From: Ramazzottius varieornatus | Lineage: Eukaryota; Animalia; Tardigrada | Assembly: GCA_001949185.1 (NCBI GenBank) | Contig: BDGG01000002.1 | Location: 3,221,826-3,285,825 of the forward strand | Length of the DNA: 64,000 nt | Direction: 5' to 3' | In this document: one piece after another, positions 35,129-48,750 of the stretch | Numbering within the stretch: position 1 is the first letter of the stretch | Layout: each line of letters starts with the position of its first letter | Translations under genes and position numbers: made by a program | Notes under the pieces: generated by a model | Told to the model about the DNA's origin: nothing | The model's database searches: none | The model's input: the letters and a program-made list of their open reading frames with translations, nothing else

Positions 35129-37786
35129 TTAGTGAACAACAGATCCCGTGAGAGACCTAGCCATCATTATTTTATACAAAGCAATCTTCTTATCACAAAG
35201 GCCAAGCCATAAAAAGGTTCGAAGGATCAGTCGGCACTGTTCCCTCCTGCGTCGTCCCATCGGTCTCATCTCCAACGGTGACTCTCCACCCGACAGTCTA
35301 CTCGTGTTCTCACTCGATCTCTTCAATTCAACGTTTGGCTGTACTATCGAGATCGCTGGTAGTCCACTTCCACTGAAGATCCGCACCAACCCATTTCCGC
35401 TACGTGGGCTGGCTAGGTTGACCGCTGGCTCGAAGACTACTTCTTCCTCTCTGTTCGGGTCTTAGATGGACAGGCTTGAGCCTGTCCATCTAAGACCCGA
35501 ACAAGTATGTCCGTTTTTCTGTTGGTCTTCCAGATTGGTAGCACGGATGGTCGCAATGTAATGGCAGCGCTTGATCCGCAGGAAGAGGACGTCGGTGACG
35601 GCCTAGACTGTAAAGTCGGGAACTAAAATGGCATGTGGGTCCGTTGCCGCGTTTGAGGTCGAGACGGGAAACGCCTGGCTGTGGTTGACGTGCGAGGGAG
35701 GGAAAGGGTGTGCGCGTCCGAGCTTACGCTCGTCTTGCTGATAGACGGAAGAACAAACTAAAAACATCATCAGGCACCTACATACAATAGACTATGAAAC
35801 CAGCCTGTTACCAAAGTATGCAGGTGCATGGAACAGACGTGGACTTTGTCGCAACGAGAAGCCCAGCGTTCTTCATGCACTTACATACTGTACATCCTGA
35901 TCCCATCATGACATCGAGTACCCGGGTGCACGATCGATACCACTGCATTTTTTTAGTACCACAGCGCAAACGTCCCATGTACCCGTATTCACTGTAGTGT
36001 GGGGCTGTCACCGCACTCAAGTATACAGGGGAGTGACAGAAGAACGGTTTAATATTACAGAATAAGGAGGTAAGCTGTACAGTCTCACCTCCGACATGTG
36101 ACAATTGCTTCTTCCGTGACCGAATGTAAATTTTGCATGAGACGGCTCGCCAAACATCGAGCAACTCGATCAAGCTGATCGACGATTTGTTCAAAGTTAA
36201 CTCGATCACGTAATCTAGTGTGTATCCGATGAGCAGATCGGTCTCGGGCGAACAGTGTGGTGGGCAGGCTGGTGCAGATATGAACCGTCCAAAATCAAAA
36301 CCGGGCGTTTGAACTGTCATGTCTCGGAGGTAGGACTGTACCTTCAAAACCGATCTTGACTTCAACAAGGCTCTTTAATATCAGGTCGAGGTAATGCGCG
36401 GGGCGACTAGCCTGAAATATGAAGCTCGGTTCCGCGTCACTAGTCTTGCGTCAGATCATTTGGGCTACGTCCGGATGTCATATGAGATGCTTGAGGGTAT
36501 GTTCCGATACAAAGTGCGGGCGGAAGGGATCGAAGGAAGTGCTGAGGAACTGGAGGGCTGCGTGTCGTCGCTGTGGGGTGATTATTGAAGCGTACAGTGG
36601 CGGAGAGGTGACAAGTGAAAGGTCCTTCTTCATGAACTTCTTCCGGTCCAGGTCGTTCTTGCCAGACCCGTCCAGGATGTCCGACTGAATCATCTCTTCA
36701 ATCATGTCTTCCATTGTGGCGACACCTATCGTCTCGTGCTCGGGATCCCCCATCGCTTTGCTGGATAACGTGCTGAACGAACGCCCTGTACGAGCGACCC
36801 TTTTTGAATTCCTCTGTTATGAAAAGTAAACCACTTGAACCAAACGGATCTGATGAATTCACGATCGAGGCGAACAGCAATCTCTTGTGGCGAAACGTCC
36901 CTCCTCGCTTTTTGTACAGTGAACAAATGAACATACAAATCGTGAAGAAAGACGATGCTTGTAAACATGGTAAAATTGAACCAGAACATTTTATTCAAAA
37001 CCAGGAACGTTTTATGAAAAATCGGTCCTCAAAAATTTTTTCAGAAAGAGCAGTCGTGATATCCGTCACGCGTTTCCGCTTCAACGACAGCGTTCCCGAA
37101 ATTATGTTGATCTCATTGTTCGGCAGAAGACTCTGGTTCTTCGCCACACGAATCAGCTCGACTAAACGTTTGCGGTCGTAAACTGTCCCAAGCTCCCCAC
37201 CGAGGAGGAAATTCAGAATGCGACTCAGCGGATACAAAATCAGACACATTACCCCCATAACAATCTGCAGTCGCAATTAACCCTAACACAACGCAGAGAT
37301 ATTTAGAGTATGGTACGTCGGCAAATAATTTCATCCAGCCTGTGATCTCAAGTGGCGTACGTCTGTATTCTTGTTGGCTGAAATGTGCACCTCTTACGAG
37401 AACGACCTGGGTGCGCACCATTTGTTCGAAATGCTTATGATTATTTGTTCTGAAAATTATTCTGGTGTCACTTTATACGTTACACCATTGTAATGCATCG
37501 GGTGGCGGAACCGATAGCCAGGCCGAAGCGATTGCAGAGAGCTTGCGGGACGATTTCGCCGAACAGGACGGTAACGGTGGTACAGAAGATCACGGCATAA
37601 CTTAGTCCAGACGTTAGGTCGTCCAGCAGGGTCGTGAGGGAGGTGTTGACTAGTACACTGCCGATGACCAGATAAGCATAGCAAAAAGTTACCCTTCTTC
37701 CGGAGCGGAATGAATTCGTGGCGTGGAATTTTCTCTTCAGCAGCACCTACACTACGAGCTAAAGGTTGTAAACTTAGCCACCCCAT
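35129..37786 (-). pseudogene. CNNM/ACDP metal (Mg2+) transporter-like gene with stops and frameshifts (pseudogene or consensus errors)
   Basis: DUF21 (VLVNTSLTTLLDDL, VLFGEIVPQALCNRFGLAIG, YPLSRILNFLLGGELGTVYDRKRLVEL), CBS pair (NIISGTLSL, EEFKKGRSY, GVATMEDMIEEMIQSDILD) and CNBH end (VPDFTV*AVTDVLFLRIKR). Confidence 0.8.
35452..35503. repeat. Perfect 25-bp inverted repeat with a 2-nt spacer inside the CNNM 3' coding region
   Basis: TGTTCGGGTCTTAGATGGACAGGCT-TG-AGCCTGTCCATCTAAGACCCGAACA. Confidence 0.95.
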
Positions 37787-38766
37787 ACCGGGTTTGTAAA
37801 ATTAGCCACGGCTGTAGCGTCTTTCGCTTGATTGACTAATTGATTGTCAGCCTTGTCTTTTCAACATGAGATTTCAACGTTCTTTTAATTGCGGATCTCT
37901 TGGATTCTCTGACTCCTCGTGTTGACTGTGCCTAATACCATTCGACAGCTCATTATTTCATCTATCGATCTATCCTTAAAAGTTTGGGATGGAGTAGTAG
38001 AGAACAGGCGAACTTGGACGGCTAACTTTACAACCTTTCTCTTGTAGCCACAGTCTGCTGTTCTGTAGGGTCGAAGGACAGCAGACCGAAGCTGAGACCA
38101 GAGAAGAGACCTGAAAGAGCTTGAAGGATCATCACGAACAGAACTTGGATCCGTAGTGGAATAACAGCCCGTTCGGGCCAACTTACTACCACTTGAAACG
38201 ACGTGCTTCAAAAATTCGGTTTGCGCCTTTTCCATCCATTCCCTCGTATTTCATATACAACTTCTTAAGGTCTTCCGATTGAAATATAACGCATTTACAA
38301 GCGTGGAGAGATGGTTCGGAAAAGTTGATCAGTATAACTTGCGGTGGGCAAGATCTCTGTTCTTGATCGACGTGTCGTATCTAAAATTCTGTGCTGGAGT
38401 GTCAAGCTCAATTTTGATTTCACCGTATATGGAAACTATCCGAACTGCCATAAATCAGAAAGCATCGTACAAGAGCCAAGCTAACTCGGCAAATGATTTA
38501 AAACTGTCAAATTCGACAATTTTGCCAGTGTCGCAAGACTGGTTTTAAAGCCGGTCGAAATCACTTAAGTTGAACAGAAAGTCTCTGTGGTAAATGTGGT
38601 AAATGTGCGTTTGGAAAATGCCAGTGCGCAATATGTTTAACAAAGTAATATCGAACCAGAACTCGATGCGAATGCACCTGCGCCGTGCTGGCCATTGGCA
38701 CAACGCGAGCTCCGTTTTCCTGGACATCTCTGTATTTTACACAAGAACAGGCAACCGTGCTCTACT

Positions 38767-41700
38767 CTAGCCGGCTCGCTGGAAACAGCCCGACAGATAC
38801 TTTTCTGTCATGGCTCGGAACGATTTGCGGAACAGTCTGTTGGTCGAGTAATACAGAACCGAGTTAGTCGCTGTACTTCCGTGTGCCAGGAATACGGTTA
38901 ACAGATAGACCCAGGAAGGTAGTACGACATCAATGACAGGAGCCAGCATCAGGAGGATGGCCAGAGGGAGCCAAGCTACAAGGAACACAGCGAAGCTACG
39001 AAAGAGGGTTCGCACCAGCGTGAGTTCTTGCTGAAAAGTTCGCGACCTTCGTCTGGACTGCCGTAAGACACACGTGCGTGCTGGCTCGGACTCAAAGTTG
39101 GCGTCCGACACCACGATGATGCTTGGGTTCTGTTCCATTTGGGTATTCCTTTCGCTCATCTGGTCCATCGTGGGGGTGGAGTCTTGATCTACCGGGGCGT
39201 TCTTGAATCGAGCGACGATCTGGTTTCTCGCTGCTTTTGTGGTGCGAACCAACTGATAAATCTTGCAGTACGACACAAAGCTAATCAGAAGCGGTATGGC
39301 GATGCCGACGATGGCGAAGAAGGTGGAGTAGGTCCACAGGTTCGTCTCTTTCGTGCACCTTGATGAAGGCACGCGTTACAGACACCACAAAAAATATCCG
39401 TTCATGCTGTCATGCGCCTTACATAAAAAACTGTTTGACGTATGAGTTTTTTCCCCAACCGACGTGATTTGGGAGATGAATGGAGAAGGAAATTATCCAC
39501 GTCAAGCCAATCCAAAGCACGGTTCTCCAAGATGAAAACCATATGTTGTAAGTATCCTGGTGGCATATGAAAAAGTACCTGAAAGCAAGTTCATTGGTTA
39601 AGCCCCGCTTAATGATGCACTGTGTTGAATTTAACAGGAAGGTGCAGTTCAATCAGCACCCCATGCTTCGCGTGCGGCTTCAATATTCAGTTGTTTAACG
39701 TCTCATCTTTTTCAATTTTTTAAGCGCTGGTCCAATGCCGCTCTGCAGGGGACAGGCCATGAAACTAGTCATTAAACTTGCTTATATTGTAAATAACTGG
39801 CGAAATGCACGGTTCCCATATAGAATGCGCTGCGGGGGAAAAAGGGAGGGGAACAGAGAGAGCATTAGTGGCAAATAGGTGAGGAGCCTCCCTGTCAATT
39901 CACTCGTAGAGCGACAATTCATGTAGCGACAATGACCATTCAGCGTCGTGTTCCTTCAAATGAAACTTCTGTTTCAAATCGTAGTTGGAATTTTGCCGAA
40001 GACAGATGGTTAGCCAGAAGAACGAGCCATCAATTTATGCTGAAAACAATAGCAAAAGAAGTCCGCATTGTATCGTGGATGTCCTCATACACCTTTTGCA
40101 GCCGGAGCAGGAAGAGGGATCAGAGAGAACCGATTTTCGACGCGCACGTTGTTTTCTTCTCATAATTTGGTACTGGACCCTCCTAGTTTTTCCATTCTTA
40201 TACGTCCGAGTAGCTGAATGTTTCTTCTATACCGTCTTCAGCAAAAGTTTCTTTCGATTAAATTTCTCCAGACGTATAATGGGAATGACGTATGGGAATG
40301 ACGTGTACTTAAATCCAGTGTTTCACTGAGCGGCGCTGTCTGTTCTCTTTCCCACCTTCCCCAGTTGTCCTGTCCCTACTAGAGTGGTATTGGTGGTCGT
40401 AATGGCAAAAACGTGTTGAGATTGCAAAATATCGTAAACATATGTCATGTTTTGTTAGTATACGAGCCTGGCCCAAATGTGGGGATGGACAAAAATGTGG
40501 GGAACGGAGCGAAAGCGGCATGGGTGAGCTGAGGTTGACCAATCAATTAAATCAATCGAAGCACAGCCGCTTTCGCTCCGTTCCCCACATTTTTGTCCAT
40601 CCCCACATTTAGGCCAGGCGCGTGTACCGAACTTCTTCGCTTAATGAAGATTGGCCCTGTGACATCCTTTCAGACTTTCGGGAGCCGTCTGTTGCGGATG
40701 CGGATGGCAGTTAGCGAAAACATACTATGCCAAAAGTGCGAGTAGAAATTTACGCTCCGCTGAGGGACTTCCGCTTCCGCTTCGGGCGGCTCCGAAGTCC
40801 GAACAGTGGGGTCTTCACGGCCTACGTTAATATTGTCCAGTAGCGAAGAAGTTTGTCATTGTACCGGTTGAATGCAATGGCAGTGTTGGACCAAACGGCT
40901 GAAAGGCATCCTGGAAAGAAAAAAGCGTAAATGATCGATGAGAAACTCTACACACGTGTACTGTTGGAAAACCCATTGGCAGTGCTCTGAAAAGGTATTA
41001 CCAGGTGCGCAAACACTGGCAACGATGCTGCACAAAATAAGGCGAGTTTCCCAATAAGAGGTTCCGTGTACTACGCCTACAATGATTTCCCGGTAGATAC
41101 AAAACTTATTTGGCTGTAGTTTTTACCATCTCATACCAGCGAGTGACGCCATTATGAGTAACAAGGTAGTTTTGGTCATCAAACCCACTTAGTACGTTGT
41201 AGGGAACCACAATGACGATCAGAACCAAGTCGGACACCGCAAAGTTGATCAGGAATGCGTTGCGGGTAGTTCGAAGATCAGCAACGAGTGCAATGGTCGC
41301 GATAATCTAGAAAAGGGCGCGCAAGTCCGGTCGCTAAAAATCCGTACAAATTCTGGGATTTCATTTTAGAGCCCGCTATACATTTACCATCCTGCATGCC
41401 AAGCTAAATGCCAAAATTACATTACACATGCATTAGACTGATCTTTAACTGGTGTAATCAAGTAGTCAAGTCGCACAGATAACCGGCTGTGTAGGCATGG
41501 CGACCACTACGGTTAAGTCTGAATGATTTTCGCATCTTAGAAATCCGAAAATTTGGCACAGATTTACAGCTACCGGAATATATAATCAATTGGGCTGAGA
41601 AAAGCACAGTGCTGCGTTCTCAGATGGATTTGACTGCACTTTGGAACCCTAATACAGTCGCCCATCTCGAAATTTGCCGGAACTTTTTCCGTTAATTTCG

Positions 41701-41972
41701 AGTGGCTGAAGTAAAGGGGTATCGTTACTAATAACAGACTTCGAGTGACTTTGCCGCGGTAGCCAAGCCATTCGATTTTTCATTGCTAGCCTGCACGGTC
41801 TTACCAGACTGTTTCCGATGAAGCCTGCAATGCTGAAAATCGTCATAGCCAAGATGAAAATAATGCGGACTTCCGGTTCTTCGTTGTATTCTTCGTTTCC
41901 CACAGGGGTAGCATTTTTGGAGAGCCCCTCGTGTCCACTCATAGTGTGGTCGAAGGTATGGAGCTTTGACAT
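38767..41972 (-). CDS. Class A (rhodopsin-like) GPCR with an NRY motif (melatonin-receptor-like signature); about 6 exons
   Basis: TM1 FSIAGFIGNSL, TM2 NAFLINFAVSDL, TM3 NTAIAFNR|YFFICH, TM4 LTWIISFSIHLP, TM5 IAIPLLISFVSYCKIY, TM6 VFLVAWLPL, TM7 HGSTATNSVLYYSTNRLFR. Confidence 0.88.
40461..40624. mobile_element. TA-flanked MITE in a GPCR intron
   Basis: About 60-bp near-perfect TIR: CCTGGCCCAAATGTGGGGATGGACAAAAATGTGGGGAACGGAGCGAAAGCGGC and its reverse complement. Confidence 0.85.
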
Positions 41973-43082
41973 CGATATCACGGATACCACCGCCGGCCTT
42001 CACCGATCACGCATTATCCAGCTGGGAAAAAGGTGGAACGACCTCCTAACCTGCAACTAACACTGAATATTCACAAACTTCCAATCGCGTTCGTATATGT
42101 TTGAATTGTAAAAAAGGTGTGCAGTAGTCCAACAATATCGATCTGATGTCGATGAAGGATGGGAATTATAATCAGCCGACCTTAGAGGTCTTTAAGGTTG
42201 TTATGCGCATGATTAAGCAGAATCATCTGGGAACTCAATAGTCCATTTACATATTGGATTCGCTAAAACTACGCATCCCAGTCGCAATGTGAAACCCAAA
42301 AACATCCGGCTGTTTACTAGTGCGTCAAAACATGCGCACGAGTCAAGTATATATGTATGTCAAGCGCACGAGCATATTATCCTTCTTCATGAGTACTTAC
42401 TGGCAAGATGACCAAGAAAATGTCCTGTGTAGATCTAAGCAACGCGTTATCGTGTGAAAACAGAGGTGTTGTCACGCGCTACTCGGCTGCACACAATAGC
42501 ACCGGGAAACCAAACATCGTCTGGTCACAAATGTAGTGCAATCAAAGTAAAAGATCCGATCGCTGAAGTACGGAATGGGCACTCAAGGGTACTTCCCTAA
42601 TTGCTATCAGAGTAAGGTTCGCTGGGTGTTCCTTCAGTATCTCTTTAGTAACACAGCTGCTGGTATGGACTTTCGCGGCAGATATTACATGCTTGTCAGC
42701 GGCGGCCATACAAAATAATTTGCCGGGAAAGACAGATAGCGCTATGATGTACGACCTTTTGATGACGTAGCTTTTAAGTGATTTAAAATTAAAATTAAAA
42801 TTTAAATCTAAATTTGAATCGTAATTTAAATCTGACGACGCAACGTACTGAAAGTTCCAGGTTTGAATATTGACCTTTATTTGAGAACTTCATGCACAAG
42901 ATACGCACAGGATCCATATGGACTGATTGCACTAGCAATCCGCTGGTGCAAAGCAATCAATTGTGCCTGACCGGCACTTGTAATACGCATTGCCAGCAAT
43001 CGATATTCTGTTTGGGTGAGGTCTATTTTGCTGATACTGCGTTTGCAGAAAATGATGCACTACATGTCCCGCATCTTCAATA

Positions 43083-43341
43083 CAGTCCAATCGCTCGAGA
43101 TGTGTTTCCTAATTTGACGGTTTCAAAACTGAAAGATCAGGAAAAATAACGATCCCACTTGCCTTGCCGCAGCTCGGCCAGACGCATGCTATTTGATTAC
43201 TTGATTCCATCGGTCGAAGCATGGTGTTATGCCTATCTTATGTGATTTTGAATGGTGGCTTGACATGCGGTCTGGTGAATCTATGGCGAGCCCAGAATTG
43301 AAACCGTCAAATCAGGTAACACATCTCGAGCGAGTGGACTG
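43083..43341. mobile_element. TA-flanked pogo/Tc1-like MITE (CAGT termini)
   Basis: TA|CAGTCCAATCGCTCGAGATGTG..TTTGACGGTTTCAA / TTGAAACCGTCAAAT..CACATCTCGAGCGAGTGGACTG|TA. Confidence 0.85.
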
Positions 43342-43419
43342 TATTGCAAAAAACCAAATGCAAAAGTTAATTTTTTCTACCTGGTTACGTTATCATGGCT
43401 CTGTACCTGGAATTCTAAT

Positions 43420-46104
43420 AACGTTTTCCCCTAACATACTTCTTCCTCTAACTCGGGAACCTAACAGTCTCGGATGCGAAGAACTCTTTCCCCTGAAAAC
43501 AGGCGACTGCTCCGAAGAACACTTTCCCCTAAGAACCACGGCCTCGAACAACTTCGGACCCGAACAGCCTCAGACCTCGTTCCCCGAAGAACTCTTTCCT
43601 GCTTTTGCGAGACACCACTGGTGAGACATCTCCGAAATTTACTGGGCCCAAAACTAATGTTTTCCCAAAAAAAGGCAACAGACCACAGACGAAAAAACTC
43701 ATTGCAGCAAGTCAAGTCTAAGTGTAAATCAAAATTACTCATCGGTGTCAGCTTTGCGTTTCTTTGCCGCCGTTCTAATCTCGATGTTTCGAGCGACCAA
43801 ATTTAGAAAATCTTCGTTGAGGCTTGGAGCACGGACATAAGACTCACAAATGTCGGCCAGCTTCTGGGCATACCTCTGATAATACTTGTCCTTCGGCGGT
43901 AGGGAACCGCCAACACGCAGAGCCTCCACACGCGCTTTGATGAGCTTGCGCTCCTTCGCGACATCGTCGAGGAACGTGTAGATTCCCGGGTGAGCGCGGT
44001 CGACTTGCGTCCCGAACGACCCATGCCAAGCTTCCACGTTGTTTGAGGTTCGCCACACCCCTTCCAGCGTACGTTCGCAGAGACCCCACAAGTTCGGTGG
44101 GTACATTGCAGGAACTTCACTACCCTTCACGTCCGTGGAACCCACTCAAGTCTCTCGGAAGTAATGCAAAAACTGGGGAAAAAACGAGATATAATTTCAT
44201 GTTAGACTTATTCCGGTCGAACGAAAGTGAATTATATCAAACTTCACTGGACTGCTTTTCTGACCTTCGCGAATCCAGATTTCAGTGTAGCATTAAAGCT
44301 TTCCAAATGCAAGTCTGCCAGGCATCCTTAATGCTTTTCTTTGGAACCAAAGCCAAAGCGAGAACCATGCGGATGGAGCGACTGAATTTATCGTCATCCA
44401 GGCACTGAACAACGAGCCCGTTCTCTTGATCTTTTCGCCAGACTGCTTGCGAAAAGTGAAAGTGGCAACCTGTAAACTGCCCATATAGAGAAGCGAAATA
44501 CATATATTATCAAAATTGTAATACTAAACTCAAGCAGAGCGCAGAAGTTCTCCCTCGAATACGGGTGTGCGGAAAATTTTGCCTGCCGTATTGATAACCG
44601 CTCGTCCGTAGTCGGTAACGATGCTCATGGGTTTTAGTCCTTCGTCCAAGTCGAGTCGGAACGGCATGGCCTCCAGTTCGTCGCGAACTGCGCGAACTGC
44701 GCGAACTGCGCGAACCAGTCTTTCGTAGGTGGCGCTGCTCTTGTTGGGACGCAAGGCAAACAGCACTAGAAATACTCCGCCGAAATGATCAACGTGAATT
44801 GTTTAGTACTGATAATCCAACTTGTGAACAATCTGGAAAGTACCGTCCATGATTCAAGTCTTAGCCAAGCGCAGGTACTGGAAGTCCTCTCCTTTCAAGT
44901 AAATGATGCGTTGAGAATCAGCCCTCCCGCTGTCAAACGACACGCTATCCCATCCGAGCTCACTGTTCTCCAGGTAGATGTTGAGATCGATATCTTCCGG
45001 CTTCTCGGGAGCTGGCATCTGAACCTGTCGCTGCCGACACGCCATTCTTGTCAAGTTATAAGCGGAAGGGAGATGGCTGGCTACTTCGATCGGGATATTC
45101 TGAACAAGATCGCTGAGCAGTCGCCGTGGTTTCGTCAAGCTTTGTCTTGCCCGTTCACGTAAGTCTGCTTTGACTTCTTCCGCCTTGATTTCGTTCACGT
45201 TGGCTACGCGGTTGTGCTCAGCGGTTGAGAGTATATCATTAGAAGAATCCAGTGTAATCGTTCCTTTGCAGCCGTAACTGTCCTTCTTTCTACAGTTCCG
45301 ATAAGACCTCTCGCGTGGCAAGTTCCTGTTCTTGGTGTAGGTGTGACTTCTATACATGGCAATATTTCCTCCTCTGGATGACTTGATAAATTTCACCACG
45401 GTAGGACTGTTACTTGCTAGAGAAACAAAGCCAGTCTCCTCCAGTGCCACCATGATATCGTGGATGCTTTCGTTTGCCATAGTATAAATCGTCACTTCTG
45501 TAGTAAGCCGAATTTAGACAGAACAATCTCAAAAGTTGCAAGGAAAACGTTAGAAACGTTTTGCAATGTTCTGAAGAGAAATAGAATTCAATCAGACAAA
45601 CAAACGGAAAGCTGTTCGAAAGATTCCTAAAGTGTGTTTGGCGCTACGTGCGTCGATTCGACCGATGCAACGGCTCTTCACTCAGGAGGGGCGGTACTTC
45701 GCTTGCGTGGCGCTTGATTCGAACTGCACTCTTTGTAGAGATTTCGAACTGCATGTGCTGCAAATCAATCGATGGATTAACGGGGGCAAGTTCCGGCTTT
45801 TGAATAAGTACTGTCAATTGTTTGCATATGTCAAGCGCCGACAGTCGCCGTGTCGACACGAGACGACGAGAACCGGTTTCAGGGAAGATAGTCCATTGTA
45901 GGCGAAGCTTCAAGGGCTCGGGTTTGTTGGAAGCCCAAGCTGTTCGAGGCGGTGCTTCTTCGGGGTCAAAGTCGTTAGAGAATATGGACATATTTTAGAG
46001 AAGGTGCTGTTAGAGTGCGAAGCCCTTCGGGGGAAGAATTCTTCTAGTTCGAGGTTCTTCGGAGCAACGTTTAAGGGAAATTGGAGTTAGAGGATAACGT
46101 GCTC
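43420..46104 (-). mobile_element. Degenerate Mutator-like (MULE) transposon
   Basis: FLYWCH-like N-terminus (SSRGGNIAMYRSHTY..CRKK..GCKG..EHN), LFALRPNKSSATYERL, TDYGRAVINTA, GCHFHFSQAVWRK and RTSNNVEAWHGSF. Related subterminal repeats (CCGAAGAAC, TTCCCCTAA) occur in opposite orientation at both ends; exact ends are uncertain. Confidence 0.85.
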
Positions 46105-47399
46105 AGCCTGTCCTCATACTCCACTTTAAAATTGACTTCATCGACGGATCATACTTTTGCCATACTCGCTGTTTTTCCCGGCCAATATATTGCATTGGCC
46201 GCGACTGATGCTTGGTGCACGTGGGTGGGAGATACAATATGCCACTTAGTTAAATGGGTTGGATTTCAACGGAAATCCTATCAGTGCTGTATTATCTGAG
46301 ACGGACCGCCTCCTTCCATAATCACTGACCACGAGACAGTCGTCGATCGGACGGCCTTCGAGCAAGAAGGTTGTTCCTTGCAGCACTGTATAAACGGTTA
46401 TCTTGGCTAGCTTCCTTGACTTTTACTTCCTTTACTTTACCTCTTTCGTGTTGTTTCCGTTACTGCGTGTTTTAAGTGTAGGATTAAATACGGCGTGACC
46501 GTGTTCACGGAAGGTTCCCCGCTCCTCCGATCCAAGACCCAGCTTCGCTTACAAGGATGTCTGTCGCCGCTGAACCGAATAGCGCTCAAGCCTCTCTCGT
46601 TCTCATCACATATACACCCCGCCCAAGGCAGCTTGCTACCACCTGGCATTTCGACGAGGAAAAATTCAGAATGCTACATTCCCGTTCGTTCTTCCCGTTT
46701 CTCCATACAACTTTTCAAGCTGCTTCGACTGAGCTATGATTCACTCAGTTATGGTGAGCTGATTGGAACACTTGACTACTATGACTCCCGGTGGGGAAGA
46801 CATACCGCCAGGGGTAAAACGCACTCTGCAAAATTCCATGCTTGAGTCTTTATCCTGACACTGATGTAAATAAACATATAACTATTCTAAAAGCCGAAAA
46901 GATTCGAGAAAAGGTCCAAGCGAGTTTGACAAACGATATAAAACCGTCGAGTAGGACCGTTTCGCTGGGAAACTCGTTTCGAAAAAAATTCTGACCGTCT
47001 TCCAGAGCGGTTGGTTTGCGGTTTCAGCGAATTTTCCTTTAGTTCAATGTTTGTATTAGTTATTTTTAGTAACCGTACCGCTGGATGCCAACGGAAAACT
47101 GAGAAACAATTTCTCGAAAACGGACCTAAAAATGACAAAAGTTGGTGCGTTTTTCACTCAGCACTTCCCGGAGGTTAATGTCGATCAGGACTTTCTGTAA
47201 ACAGATTTTTTGCCTATAATTTTTCGAGAGGCAGCAAAGAGAATGCTAAACCGGGGAAAATTGATTTCGAAGTGGGAAACTAATCGAGTCGTGCTGGCCT
47301 TGGAGAAATAAGTGGTAGCAAGGTGGCTTGGGCGGGCTGTATTACCCTTTCGAACTGTCTAAACTCTGCCAGCGCTCTCTGGCGCCAGATGCCAAGTCG

Positions 47400-48750
47400 C
47401 ACTGGAATTCATTCAAGAAAGAATGGAAGATACAGTATTGCACTTGGCCGCCTCCCATTCAGTCCTTTATACCCACACGCACCCATGCCATTGGCGTCTA
47501 ATCGGAAGTGCCGTCCCGAAAGCAAAGATGACTGTCGCCGGCCTGTCGCAGAGTTCATTGACGCCCGCGTTGTTGTTGATAAGTTTTCGCTCCAGTCTAC
47601 TCCTTGTGCAGCATCAGCTCGCTGGATTGCCATAATTCTGCCATTGGTATTAAAGTAGCGTACCGCCGCGTTCGAATCAAGCCATCGCGTCGACAACTTC
47701 AAGGTTTTCATTGACGCTCTAGAGGCGATCCTGAGCCATGTTTGAAGGTTGATATGTTTTGTGTTTCGGTTTCGCGAAAGACCCCATCACTTTTTAGTGC
47801 CTCTCTTCTGCTGTCGATGCCACGATGTCGTACCTTGGTTTTGGTTACGTCAAAGTATACTCTCCATAGTCCCCCGGCATTGATTGTAAGAACGGCTAAA
47901 ACAGAATCAGCTGAGAAACTTGCACGGCTGAGCGAACACCCGGACACACCCTAGCGCTGATTGGTTCAGGTGCTTGCACCCATCCGCCCATCGGCTACAG
48001 GATGGTGCATGACGGTTTCCGTACTACACACCAAGACGCGACAAGCACATGCAGCCCTAACGTGCTCGCTAGTCGTTAATGAGCAGGATCGAGGGCGTCG
48101 ATGTTTTTTTCGTTTGCTCCAATCAGCTTTAAGACCATGTTTCCACACTTCTGACATTGCCGCTCTGTACAGCTGGAGGACTATGCAGAGTATATTGACC
48201 CCGGTTACATTTTCTACCTCGACGATTTCTTCGCCATTGGCAATTCGAAGCTTCAATGTGCCAATACAGCCACAAAATCAAGTCGCAGCCAGGACATTCT
48301 GTTCTCTCACTCGTACTACAGAAAGGCATCTTAGGAACTATGAATTACGAAGAGCTCATTGCCCTATTCACCTCTGCCTTTACTCCGCCATCAATGGGTT
48401 CTGATCCGATCAGACAACGCATTCACAATAGTATCAGAGGAACCACCAAAAAGTGCAGTCGAGCTGCGTTGGTTGCACCGTAGCATTTCGTTTTCTGCGA
48501 TTCCACAAAACGAAACCTCGACGTTTGTCTGATAATGATAACACCGGCTGGTCACCAAAGTCCGATAGCCACGTAGAACGTTTCTTAGAAGCTCGTATCA
48601 GCAGTCTTGCCAAACGGTTATTATTTCGGACACCATCCACATATTCTATATACTCTAATCGGACCACTGGAGAAACCATTGATGAGATAAAAGGGAAATT
48701 TCGTCGCCTCTTCATTGCTGCGCTCACGGGACACATTGATGAGATCACCG
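47400..48750 (-). mobile_element. Possible highly degraded non-LTR retrotransposon RT relic
   Basis: Weak, colinear resemblances only: EYVDGV (YADD-like), GEEIVEVENV..GVNIL (thumb region) and REALKSDGVFRET. Confidence 0.2.

Noticed and set aside
42781-42831. AT-rich AAAATT repeats
   Set aside because: Simple low-complexity sequence with no further support.
43470-43610. Spaced short repeats that could be mistaken for a CRISPR array
   Set aside because: They are irregular and degenerate, the context is eukaryotic, and they are better explained as MULE subterminal repeats.
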